A stretch of DNA of 25,159 bases from an uncultured Pseudomonadota bacterium (GCA_963847705.1 CAWKBC010000045.1:1-25159); one strand, 5' to 3'; counted from the stretch's first letter, positions 16,869-25,159 are shown. Program-made: numbers and translations. The notes: generated by a model not told the origin, from the sequence alone.

Positions 16869-18275
16869 ATGTCCGACAGCCCGCCCGTCCCTCTTCGCGC
16901 CGCCGTGGTCGCGGTTCAACTTCCCGGCGTCGACGATCAGGCCTTCGCCGCCTCGATCGCCGAGCTTCGGCGCCTCGGGCGCACGCTCGGGGTGAACGTC
17001 GTGGCGACCGTGACCCAGCGGCGCAAGACTCTGCATCCGGCGGCGCTGTTGGGGAGCGGCAAGCTGGCCGAGCTGCAGGCGCTGGCCGGCCGCACCGCCG
17101 CGCAGATCGCCGGGGAAGACGGGGAAGAGAATCCGGAGCTCGACGCCAGCGCGGACGACGCGGACGATGACGGCGGCGGCGAGCTGGACGACCCGCGCCT
17201 CGGCCTCGAGGGGGCCGAGCGGGGGGCGCAGGCCGTGCCGATCGAGGCGGTGCTGGTCGATCACGACATCTCGCCGTCGCAGGCGCGCAACCTCGAGAAG
17301 GCCACCGGCGTCGAGGTGCTGGATCGGACGGCCGTCATCCTGGAGATCTTTCGCCGCCACGCCCGCTCGCGCGCGGCCAAGGCGCAGGTGGAGATCGTTC
17401 GCCTCCAGTACATGGTTCCGCGCCTGCGCGAGCAGGGCAAGGGGAAGGATCGCCAGCGTGGCGGCATCGGCGGCAAGGGGGCGGGGGAGTCGAGCCTGGA
17501 GCTCGACCGCCGCAAGATCCGCGATCGCATCGCCGAGCTGACCAAGGAGCTGGAGGCGATGGCCGTCGAGCAACAGACCCAGCGCGCCCGCCGCCGCGAC
17601 ATGAGCCGCGTCGCGCTGGTCGGGTACACCAACGCCGGCAAGTCGACGCTGATGCGCGCGCTGACCGGCAGCGAGGTCCTGGTCGCCGATCGGCTGTTCG
17701 CCACGCTCGACACCACGGTGCGCCCGCTGGTGCCGGCCACGCGCCCGCGGGTGCTGCTCTCGGACACGGTCGGCTTCATCGACAAGCTCCCCCACGGCCT
17801 GGTGAACTCGTTCAAGAGCACGCTCGACGAGGCGCTGGAGGCGGGTCTCCTCCTCCAGGTGGTCGACGCGTCGGATCCGAACTTCGAGCGCCAGCTTGCC
17901 GTGACGACCGAGGTGCTGGCCGAGATCGGCGCCGGCGACGTGCCGCGCCTCTTGCTCTTCAACAAGATCGATCGGGTCGGCAGCCCCGAGGCCGAGGCGG
18001 CGGCCACGCGCGCGCTGGCGGAGCGCTGGCCCGAGGCGATGGTCCTTTCGGCGCGCCGCCCCGACGACGTGACCAGACTGCATGCCCGGCTGGTCAGCTT
18101 CTTCAACCGGGATCTGGTGGAGGGGGAGGTGCGCGTCCCCTACGACCGGCAGCAGCTGCGGGGCGAGATCTTCGCCGCCTGCGAGGTCCTCGAAGAAAGT
18201 TACGACGACGCCGGCGTCATCTTTCGCGTGCGCGCGCGTCCCGAGCTGCTGGAACGGCTGCAGGCGACGCCGTGA
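16869..18275 (+). CDS. hflX: Ribosome-associated GTPase HflX
   Basis: SPSQARNLE, DRT.VILEIF..HA, GYTNAGKSTL, LFATLDTT, DTVGFI..LPH.L, NKID. Confidence 0.96.
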   Translation: MSDSPPVPLRAAVVAVQLPGVDDQAFAASIAELRRLGRTLGVNVVATVTQRRKTLHPAALLGSGKLAELQALAGRTAAQIAGEDGEENPELDASADDADDDGGGELDDPRLGLEGAERGAQAVPIEAVLVDHDISPSQARNLEKATGVEVLDRTAVILEIFRRHARSRAAKAQVEIVRLQYMVPRLREQGKGKDRQRGGIGGKGAGESSLELDRRKIRDRIAELTKELEAMAVEQQTQRARRRDMSRVALVGYTNAGKSTLMRALTGSEVLVADRLFATLDTTVRPLVPATRPRVLLSDTVGFIDKLPHGLVNSFKSTLDEALEAGLLLQVVDASDPNFERQLAVTTEVLAEIGAGDVPRLLLFNKIDRVGSPEAEAAATRALAERWPEAMVLSARRPDDVTRLHARLVSFFNRDLVEGEVRVPYDRQQLRGEIFAACEVLEESYDDAGVIFRVRARPELLERLQATP

Positions 18276-19225
18276 GCGCCCCCCACTCGCCCGACAGTGC
18301 CGCGCCGCCCGAGGCGACCGGGGACGAGATCGTGCGCTGCGTCCTCGAGGGTCTGCCGGTGCGCATCGTGGCGGCGACCACCTCGGTCGCGGTGCGCGAG
18401 GCGGCGCGGCGGCACGAGGCGGGGCCGGCGGCGACGCTGGCGCTCTCGCGCGGGCTCACCGCGGGGCTGCTGCTGGCGACGCTCACCAAGGATGACGAGC
18501 GGGTGACGCTGCAGATCCTGGGCGACGGCCCCCTCGGCGGCATCACCGTCGACGCCACGGCGGCAGGCACGGTGCGCGCCTACGTGAAACATCCGGGCGG
18601 CGGGCTGAAGCCGGCCGCTGGCGGGCGCCCCAGCCTGGCCGGCGCCATCGGGCGCGTCGGCCTGGTCAACGTCATTCGCGACGTCGGCTTCCGCGAGCCC
18701 TTCAGCGGCCAGATCGCGCTCACCACCGGGGAGATCGACGAGGATGTCGCGGCCTACCTCGACAAGAGCGAACAGGTGGAGAGCGCGCTCGCCTGCGACA
18801 CGCTCTTCGCGCCCGACGGCACGCTCGACTTCGCCGCCGGCATCCTGGTCCAGGCGCTCCCCGGCAGCGAGGGGGCGGCCCTGGTGGCCGAGGCGCGCGC
18901 GCTCATCGCCGGCGGCGAATTCCTGCGCGCGCTGGCAGGCGCGCGGCGCGACGGGGAGGGGGTGATCGCCGCCGTGCTCGGCGATCGCCTGGGGAAAGTT
19001 CAGGTGCTCGACCGGCGTCCGGTCCGCTTCGACTGCCCCTGCTCGCGGGCCCGCGCCGGCTCCTCGCTGGCGTTGCTGGGCGAGGCGGAGTTGGCGGCGA
19101 TGATCCTCGACGACGGCAAGGCGGAGGTCACCTGCAACTTCTGCCGCGCCCGCTACGAGTTCGACGAGGCGGAGCTGGAGCTCCTCCGCCGCGAGACCGC
19201 CAAACCGACCGGCCCGCCCAGCTGA
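18272..19225 (+). CDS. hslO: Hsp33 redox-regulated chaperone
   Basis: GDGPLG, GEIDEDVA.YL..SEQ, zinc ligands CPC and CNFC. Confidence 0.93.
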   Translation: MSAPHSPDSAAPPEATGDEIVRCVLEGLPVRIVAATTSVAVREAARRHEAGPAATLALSRGLTAGLLLATLTKDDERVTLQILGDGPLGGITVDATAAGTVRAYVKHPGGGLKPAAGGRPSLAGAIGRVGLVNVIRDVGFREPFSGQIALTTGEIDEDVAAYLDKSEQVESALACDTLFAPDGTLDFAAGILVQALPGSEGAALVAEARALIAGGEFLRALAGARRDGEGVIAAVLGDRLGKVQVLDRRPVRFDCPCSRARAGSSLALLGEAELAAMILDDGKAEVTCNFCRARYEFDEAELELLRRETAKPTGPPS

Positions 19226-19325
19226 ACGGATCGCGGCGGCGGGTGTGGCCGCCGGAGCAGCACCGTTCCCATTTGGGTGTGGCGGACTGTTGTCACCGCG
19301 CGGCCGGTGGTGTTAGCTGCGTTGT

Positions 19326-21113
19326 ATGTGGTCCGCGTCACGGGCACGTTCTGTCGGAGCGGGTGCGTTCGGGCCGGGCAGCGGCCTCTTCGTGGCGCGG
19401 TGGTTTCTCTTCGCGGCGCTCACCTTCCTGGTCCTGGCGTTCCTCATCTACGGACACAGCGGACCGGACGACGCCTACATCACGTACTGGCCGGCGCGCA
19501 CCCTGGCGGAGCACGGACGGATCTGGAACTACAACGGCGTCCGGGTCGAACAGAGCTCGAGCCTCTCCCTGGTCGTCGTGCTGGCAATCCTCTACCGGCT
19601 GACCCCCTTCTCGATGCCGGTGGTCGCCTTCCTGACCAGCCTCGGATTCGGCGTCGCCACGCTCTGGCTGGCGGAGCGGGTGGCCCGGCGCCTCGACCTG
19701 CGGCCTGCCGCCGCAGTCGTTCCGGTCATCGGCACGGTCGCCTGCTTTGGCTCCTGGGCGACGAGCGGCATGGAGATGTCTCTCGTCGCCGCGTCCGGCC
19801 TGCTGATGGTCTTGCAGCTCGAGCGTCTCTCGGAAGCAGGAGCCGGGCGGCGGCAGTGGTTGACCGCTGCGCTGGCGGTCCTGTTCTTTGCGGCGTCGCG
19901 ACCGGAGGCGCCGGTCATCGTGGTCGGTGTCGGGCTCGCCGGGGCGTTGTCCCTCCTGTCGGCGCGCGCCACGGGCGAAGCCAGTCGCGGCGGCAAGCCC
20001 GGGGCGCTCGGTCGGCTCGCCGTCGCGACGGCATCGCCCCTCCTGGTGCTGCTCGCGTTTCGTCGCCTCTACTTCCACGCCTGGGTTCCCAACTCCGCCG
20101 CGCTGAAAGTGGGCGGGTTCAACCTTCGCGAGGGGTTCGCGTACCTGTGGGACGGCCTGGCTCTCAACGGGTTCGTCCTGGGCGCGCTGGCCTTGGTGGG
20201 CCTCGTCGGTCTGGCCTGGCAGCTCGGCGCCAGGCGACCGGGGACCTTTCTCCTCGCCTTGCTGGGGGCCGAGATGCTCGGGCATCTGGGGTTCGTGGTC
20301 GGCTCGGGCGGTGACTGGATGTCCGGGTCTCGCTTCCTGGCCCCGGCGATCCCCACGCTCGTGCTCCTGGGCCTGGCGGGGGCGTCGCTGCTCGCGAACG
20401 GCGGTTCCCTGCGCGGGCTGGCGCTCCTCCTGGTGTTCGCCAACCTGTTTTCGGTCATTCAATTCGTTCGCGCCAGCGGCAACGATGGTCGGCCTGGATT
20501 CCTGTTGCCGGCCGCGGTGCACCAGTTCCGCAAGCAGTTCGGCGCCCAGAAGTTTGGGCTGATCGAGCTGGCGAACAAGGTCCACCAACGGGACGCCGGA
20601 ACCCTGAGCAACTTTCTCCCGGTCGTCGCGCGCGCCGTGGCGGCCTCACCCGAGCGGCCCATCTGGGTGATCACCGGCCAGGCTGGAATGATGGGCTACT
20701 ACCTCATGTCCAAGTCTTTCGGCAAGGCCAAGCTCCTGGACTTCTGGTCGATCACCACCCGCGAGCTCTACGACTGCCTCCCCGCCGGAAGCGCGCCCAG
20801 CAGCAAGGCGGGCTCGGCCATCGGGCTCGGGCAGTACCTCGACGCGATGCCCTCCCTGGAGGCGAGGTGCGGGCTGCCGCGGCCCGATTTTTTCTACAAC
20901 GAATGCCTCCCCGACGGGGATCGCCAGCTGCTGGCCAGCCATGGTTACCGCGTCCTCTACAACCAGTTCGGCGACGTCCGCGATCTCGACCAGAGTCCCC
21001 TCCTGCCGGCGCAGATCGGGGCCTGCGGTTACTTCGCGGTTCGGGAAGAGCTGGCCCAGAAGCTGGGCCTGGGCGCCGAACAGAGCGTCGCCTGGGCCTC
21101 GAATCCGCGTTGA
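19326..21113 (+). CDS. Multi-pass membrane protein, AftB-like GT-C glycosyltransferase
   Basis: DDAYITY, YNG.RVE.SSS, SGME, RPE, PNS...K, GGDWM...RFL motifs. Start uncertain. Confidence 0.7.
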   Translation: MWSASRARSVGAGAFGPGSGLFVARWFLFAALTFLVLAFLIYGHSGPDDAYITYWPARTLAEHGRIWNYNGVRVEQSSSLSLVVVLAILYRLTPFSMPVVAFLTSLGFGVATLWLAERVARRLDLRPAAAVVPVIGTVACFGSWATSGMEMSLVAASGLLMVLQLERLSEAGAGRRQWLTAALAVLFFAASRPEAPVIVVGVGLAGALSLLSARATGEASRGGKPGALGRLAVATASPLLVLLAFRRLYFHAWVPNSAALKVGGFNLREGFAYLWDGLALNGFVLGALALVGLVGLAWQLGARRPGTFLLALLGAEMLGHLGFVVGSGGDWMSGSRFLAPAIPTLVLLGLAGASLLANGGSLRGLALLLVFANLFSVIQFVRASGNDGRPGFLLPAAVHQFRKQFGAQKFGLIELANKVHQRDAGTLSNFLPVVARAVAASPERPIWVITGQAGMMGYYLMSKSFGKAKLLDFWSITTRELYDCLPAGSAPSSKAGSAIGLGQYLDAMPSLEARCGLPRPDFFYNECLPDGDRQLLASHGYRVLYNQFGDVRDLDQSPLLPAQIGACGYFAVREELAQKLGLGAEQSVAWASNPR

Positions 21114-21127
21114 ACCCGCCCGCCCAA

Positions 21128-21204
21128 GACTGGCGACTGGCGACTGGCGACTGGCGGCTGGCGACTGGCGACTGGCGGCTGGCGGCTGGCGGCTGGCGGC
21201 TGGC
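21128..21204. repeat. Heptamer tandem repeat (G[A/G]CTGGC)x11
   Basis: Six GACTGGC and five GGCTGGC units between convergent stop codons. Confidence 0.97.
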
Positions 21205-21218
21205 GCTGCCTGGGAGCG

Positions 21219-22031
21219 CTACAGCCGCCCGGTGGCGAGCAGCGCCATCAGCACCAGGCCCAGCGCCACGCGGTAGATGATGAAGGGGACAGTGCTGCGG
21301 GCACGCAGGAAGCGGAGCAGCCAGGCGATGCTGGCGTAGCCGGCGACGGCCGCCGCCAGGAGGCCGATGGCCATCGTGCTGCCGTGCAGATCGTGCGCGT
21401 GCATCACCTTGGGCATCTCGAACACGCCGGCCGCGGCGACGATCGGCACGCTGAGCAGGAAGGAGAAGCGCGCCGCCGCCTCGCGCCGGAAGCCGAGCGC
21501 CATCGCCGCCATCAGCGTGCTCCCCGAGCGGGAGACGCCGGGGATCACCGCGAACGCCTGGGCGCAGCCGATGATCAGCGCGTCCCGCATGGTGAGCTCG
21601 TCGAAGGCGCGAACGTGCGAGGCCTTCTTCTCGACCACCGCCAACATGAGTGCGACGACGATCATCGCGCTGGCGATCACCCACAGCGAGCGAAACGAGC
21701 CCTCGATGGCGTGCCGGAAGAGCACCCCGGCCACCACGGCCGGAATCGTGCCGACGACCAGGTAGCCGAGCTCGCGCGCCGAGCGCGTCGGCGGCTGCGA
21801 GCGATCGGTGAGCGCCTTCCACCCGGCGCCCAGCATCTTCACCAGCTCGGGCAGAAAGTAACCGATCACCGCGACCAGCGAGCCGAGCTGCAGGACGGCG
21901 GTGTAGGCGGCACCCGGATCGTCCCAGCGGAGCAGCGCCGGAACGATCCTCAGGTGCGCCGTCGAGGAGATGGGCAGGAACTCGGTGACCCCCTGGACGA
22001 TGCCGAGGACCAACGATTCGAAGTTCGTCAT
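21219..22031 (-). CDS. uppP: Undecaprenyl-diphosphate phosphatase
   Basis: LGIVQGVTEFLPISSTAHL, PGVSRSGST, AARFSFLL, FIIYR. Confidence 0.97.
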   Translation of the reverse strand: MTNFESLVLGIVQGVTEFLPISSTAHLRIVPALLRWDDPGAAYTAVLQLGSLVAVIGYFLPELVKMLGAGWKALTDRSQPPTRSARELGYLVVGTIPAVVAGVLFRHAIEGSFRSLWVIASAMIVVALMLAVVEKKASHVRAFDELTMRDALIIGCAQAFAVIPGVSRSGSTLMAAMALGFRREAAARFSFLLSVPIVAAAGVFEMPKVMHAHDLHGSTMAIGLLAAAVAGYASIAWLLRFLRARSTVPFIIYRVALGLVLMALLATGRL

Positions 22032-22895
22032 TTACGAAAGCTCTCCCGAGATCACGCGCTGAATCTGCCCTGTCTGGTCCTGAAAACGCAAGGCTCCATC
22101 GGGCTCGACACCGAGGGCGATCCCCTCGAGGCGCTCGCCGGGGCGGCCGGGCGCCGTCACCCGGCAGGGCGCCGGGAAGGCGGCGTACGACTCGAACGCC
22201 TCCACCGCCGCCGCCGGCCCGCGCCGGTCGAACGCCTCGCACAGCGGCTCGAAGGCGTCGAGCAGCGCGGCCAGCAGCTCCACGCGCTCGACGGCGTGGC
22301 CGAGCGCCCGGCGCAGCGACGTCGCCCGCGAGGCGAGCTCGGGCGGGAAGTCGACGGCGTTGGCATTGATCCCGATGCCCACCACCACGTGCAGCGCGCT
22401 CGCCCCCGCGCTGGCCATCTCGGTCAGGATGCCCGCGACTTTGCGACGGGGCCCGGTAGGGCGTGGGCGGAGCCGGGCTTCGCCCGGCGGAGTCCGTCGC
22501 GGGAGGGCGCGGGAACCCTCCCCGGGTTCCTGCCCTTCATCGACCAGCTCGACGTCGTTCGGCCACTTGAGCCGCGGTTGCAGGCCGAACGTCTCGAGCG
22601 CCCGTGCCACCGCCGCGCCGGCCAGCAGCGTGATCGGCGGGATCTCCGAGGGTGGCCGCGCCGGCCGCAGCAGAATCGACAGGTAGAGATTCTCCTCGGG
22701 CGGGGAGTGCCAGGTCCGCCCCAGTCGCCCCCGACCCGCCGTCTGCGCGTCGGCCACGATCACCAGCCCGGCCGGCGCCCCGGCCCGCGCGCGCTCCGCC
22801 GCCAGATCGTTGGTCGACGCGGTGGCGGCGTGCCACTCGAACGCCCGCCCCAGCCAGCGGGTGTGCAGGCGGGCGGCCAGCGAAGCCTGGTTCAC
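22032..22895 (-). CDS. birA: Biotin-[acetyl-CoA carboxylase] ligase, no HTH, with ~31-aa insert
   Basis: STND, QTAGRGRLGRTW, LKWPND, KVAGILTE, VVGIGIN, DGAL. Start uncertain (GTG 22895, or ATG 23044 if frameshifted). Confidence 0.95.
   Translation of the reverse strand: MNQASLAARLHTRWLGRAFEWHAATASTNDLAAERARAGAPAGLVIVADAQTAGRGRLGRTWHSPPEENLYLSILLRPARPPSEIPPITLLAGAAVARALETFGLQPRLKWPNDVELVDEGQEPGEGSRALPRRTPPGEARLRPRPTGPRRKVAGILTEMASAGASALHVVVGIGINANAVDFPPELASRATSLRRALGHAVERVELLAALLDAFEPLCEAFDRRGPAAAVEAFESYAAFPAPCRVTAPGRPGERLEGIALGVEPDGALRFQDQTGQIQRVISGELS
22461..22535. repeat. Double-hairpin palindromic element, copy C (inside birA)
   Basis: GCGTGGGC-GGA-GCCGGGC-TTC-GCCCGGC-GGA-GTCCGTCGCGGGAGGGC-GCGGGAACCC-TCCCC-GGGTTCCTGC; collinear with copy A, about 53/72 identical by hand. 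Confidence 0.85.
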
Positions 22896-23039
22896 GAAGC
22901 CTGGCTCAACGAAGCCTGGTTCAGCGAAGCCTGGCTCAGCGAAGCCTGGCTCAACGAAGCCTGATTCAGTGAAGCCTGGCTCAGCGACGCCTGGCTTAGC
23001 GACGCCTGGTTCAGTGAAGCCTGGCTCAACGACGCTTCG
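22881..23039. repeat. 15-bp tandem repeat, ~10.5 units (consensus CGAAGCCTGGCTCAG)
   Basis: Nine 15-nt units (22895-23029), one 14-nt unit (22881-22894) and a partial unit. Confidence 0.97.
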
Positions 23040-23044
23040 TCCAT
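22892..23044 (-). CDS. 50-aa repeat ORF MDEAS(L[S/N]QAS)9: leader peptide or frameshifted BirA N-terminus
   Basis: ATG at 23044, TGA at 22894-22892 overlapping the birA GTG; variation between units is synonymous except Ser/Asn. Confidence 0.5.
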   Translation of the reverse strand: MDEASLSQASLNQASLSQASLSQASLNQASLSQASLSQASLNQASLSQAS

Positions 23045-23067
23045 CGGGCGCGCGGTCGTCGACCGGG

Positions 23068-23967
23068 CTATGGCTCGCGCGCCTGGGCGGCCAGGGACCC
23101 GTCCACCGGGCGGATCTCGCAGGAATAATTGATGGCGCGGGCCGAGTGGGTCAGCGAGCCGATCGAGATGACGTCGACGCCGGTCTTGCTGATCTCGTGG
23201 ACGCGGTCGAGCGTCACCCCCCCCGAGGCCTCGATCACGGTCTGGGGGCGCCGCTCGCGCACGCGCTTGACCGCGTCGACCATGTCGCGCGCCTGAAAGT
23301 TGTCGAGCAGGATCCCCTCGGCGCCCGATTCAATCGCCTCGTCGAGCTGCGCCATGGTGTCGACCTCGACCACCACCCGCAGCGTGTGCGGCGCGTTGGC
23401 GCGCGCCCGCCGCACCGCCTCGCGCACCGAGCCGCAGAGCGCGACGTGGTTGTCCTTGATCAAGATCCCCGATGACAGGTCCGCCCGGTGGTTCGACCCG
23501 CCCCCCGCGCGCACGGCGTACTTCTCCAGCGCCCGCAGCCCCGGCGTCGTCTTGCGCGTGTCGGTGATGCGCAGCTTGGCCCCCTCGGTGGCGGCCACGT
23601 ACGCCTGGGTGACGGTGGCGATCCCCGACAGGTGCTGCAGAAAATTCAGCGCCGTCCGCTCGCCCGCCAGCAACGCCGCCGCCGGCCCGCGGATGGTGGC
23701 CACCACCTCCCCCGGCTGCACCCGATCGCCGTCGGCCACCTTGAGCCGCACGCGGGTCCGCCAGTCGAACCGGGTGAACACCGCCTCCACCACCCCCAGG
23801 CCGCAGACCACCGCGCGCTCGCGCGACACGATCTCCGCCTCGGCCTCCTGGGTCTCCTCGATCACCGCCGCCGTGGTGGCGTCGCCGCGCCCGACGTCCT
23901 CCTCGAGCGCCAGATCCAGAATCCGCTGCACCGCCGGGGTGAACCACGGTGCCGAATACACGCTCAC
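23068..23967 (-). CDS. nadC: Quinolinate phosphoribosyltransferase
   Basis: [61 protein letters not shown] 23967 overlaps the HAD stop. Confidence 0.97.
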   Translation of the reverse strand: MSVYSAPWFTPAVQRILDLALEEDVGRGDATTAAVIEETQEAEAEIVSRERAVVCGLGVVEAVFTRFDWRTRVRLKVADGDRVQPGEVVATIRGPAAALLAGERTALNFLQHLSGIATVTQAYVAATEGAKLRITDTRKTTPGLRALEKYAVRAGGGSNHRADLSSGILIKDNHVALCGSVREAVRRARANAPHTLRVVVEVDTMAQLDEAIESGAEGILLDNFQARDMVDAVKRVRERRPQTVIEASGGVTLDRVHEISKTGVDVISIGSLTHSARAINYSCEIRPVDGSLAAQAREP

Positions 23968-24662
23968 GCCCGGGTCTCCGTCAGCGGGGCGGTCGTCGTC
24001 GCCACCTTGCGCCAGTCCTGCACCGGCCAGCCGCGCCGCTTGGCGGTCCGCTTCAGGCGCGGGTCGGGGTTGACCACCACCTGGTTGCCGACCCGCTCCA
24101 GCATCGGCAGGTCGGTGTACGAGTCGGTGTAGAACCAGCTCTCGCCGAGATCGAGCTGGCGCCGCGCGCCCAGGTCCTCGGCCCAGTGGACCTTGCCCTT
24201 GCCGACGCAGGCCGGGCCGACCAGGCGCCCGGTGAAGAGCCCGGCGTCGACCTCGAACTGGGTCGAGATCACCTCCTCGATTCCCAGCGCTTCTGCGATG
24301 GGGCGGGTGACGTAGGTCGGCGAAGACGAGAGGATCGACAGGACGTGGCCGTCGGCGCGGTGGCGCGCGATCCGGCTGTGGGCGCCCGGTACGATCAGCG
24401 GGAGCACGTCGTCCTCGACCCAGCGGCGGCAGCGCTCCTCGAAGTCGCGCTCGGTCCATCCGGCCATCTGGGAGGCCACCCGGGCGGCCACCCACTGCAG
24501 ATCGATCAGCGACAGGTGATACTTCGCCATCCAGCCGAGCGCCCGCAGCGCCCGGAAAAACGAGATCTCACCGCGCCGCCGCAGGTCCCGCAGGAACAGC
24601 CGGCCCGTGTTGCAGGAAACCAGGGTCCGGTCGACATCGAAGAAGGCTCCTACCTGCGACAT
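23964..24662 (-). CDS. HAD-superfamily subfamily IB hydrolase
   Basis: FFDVDRTL, LSSS, GKGK, YTDSYTDLPML, VNPD..L. Confidence 0.92.
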   Translation of the reverse strand: MSQVGAFFDVDRTLVSCNTGRLFLRDLRRRGEISFFRALRALGWMAKYHLSLIDLQWVAARVASQMAGWTERDFEERCRRWVEDDVLPLIVPGAHSRIARHRADGHVLSILSSSPTYVTRPIAEALGIEEVISTQFEVDAGLFTGRLVGPACVGKGKVHWAEDLGARRQLDLGESWFYTDSYTDLPMLERVGNQVVVNPDPRLKRTAKRRGWPVQDWRKVATTTAPLTETRA

Positions 24663-24787
24663 GGGGGTCTAAGGATTCTATCCCAAATGTGTCACCGAGA
24701 CCCGAAAGACCGCGGAGAGCCGCGGTTTTCTTCAGTTTTCGACCGGATGCGGCGGACGCCTGACGCGCGCCAGCATGCGTCCGGTAA

Positions 24788-24816
24788 TTGACCCTGGGGG
24801 CCCATCGCGGTAGGAA
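24788..24816 (+). promoter_or_regulatory. Possible sigma70 promoter for rsmD
   Basis: TTGACC-17 nt-TAGGAA (imperfect -10). Confidence 0.3.
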
Positions 24817-24826
24817 GGGGTCGCAC

Positions 24827-25159
24827 ATGCGTCTCACCGGCGGCCTTGATCGTGGCCGGCGTCTCTTTGTTCCCCGCGGGTCGCGAACTCGTCCGACCGC
24901 AGCGAAGGTACGCGAAGCGATCTTCAACATCCTGGGCCCGCCGCCCGGCCCGGTCCTCGACCTGTACGCCGGCAGCGGCGCCCTTGGCCTGGAAGCGCTG
25001 TCACGCGGCGCCCCCGCCGCGGTCTTCGTCGAGCGGGACGGCGCGGCGCTCTCCGCGCTCCGCCGCAACCTGCGCGAGGCGGGCGTCACGGACGGCCGCG
25101 CGACGGTCATCGGCGCCGACGTCCGCAGCGCGCTGCGCAAGCTCTCCACCACCAATCGT
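24827..25159 (+). CDS. rsmD: 16S rRNA m2G966 methyltransferase (truncated by window end)
   Basis: Manual translation: MRLTGG..RGRRL...TRPT..KVREAIFNIL...VLDLYAGSGALGLEALSRGA...FVE. Confidence 0.93.
   Translation, partial: MRLTGGLDRGRRLFVPRGSRTRPTAAKVREAIFNILGPPPGPVLDLYAGSGALGLEALSRGAPAAVFVERDGAALSALRRNLREAGVTDGRATVIGADVRSALRKLSTTNR

Noticed and set aside
22881-23039. Possible CRISPR array
   Set aside because: The units are contiguous 15-mers with no unique spacers, and there are no cas genes.
23968-24495. N-terminal extension of NadC (475-aa ORF)
   Set aside because: It overlaps the HAD gene in another frame; NadC homology begins at about 23967.
24701-24785. Two hairpins in the HAD/rsmD divergent spacer as an ncRNA or element copy
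   Set aside because: No similarity to copies A-C, single occurrence, and no recognisable RNA family.

Overview
High-GC bacterial window; the VWA lipoprotein and GT-C-rich gene content suggest Myxococcota/Polyangia (inference). It is mostly housekeeping. In order: proC divergent from yceI-proB-proA-atypical cytochrome P450; two convergent GT-C-like membrane proteins; a divergent sulfur-assimilation locus (APS reductase cysH versus siroheme dehydrogenase, a frameshifted uroporphyrinogen-III methyltransferase, sulfite reductase, an orphan cysA, a CymR-like Rrf2 and cysK); a VWA lipoprotein; hflX-hslO; an AftB-like membrane protein; uppP-birA-nadC-HAD on the minus strand; and a truncated rsmD. 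Three observations stand out. (1) A ~75-bp double-hairpin repeat with compensatory base changes occurs three times: once intergenic and twice as in-frame ~27-31 aa inserts in cobA and birA, like Rickettsia palindromic elements. (2) CysA and the adjacent Rrf2 both end in CysK-docking-type tails (EDYSI, MYFI) directly upstream of cysK. (3) A 15-bp tandem array encoding (L[S/N]QAS)9 with mainly synonymous variation abuts the birA start. All alignments and counts were done by hand; no database searches were run.
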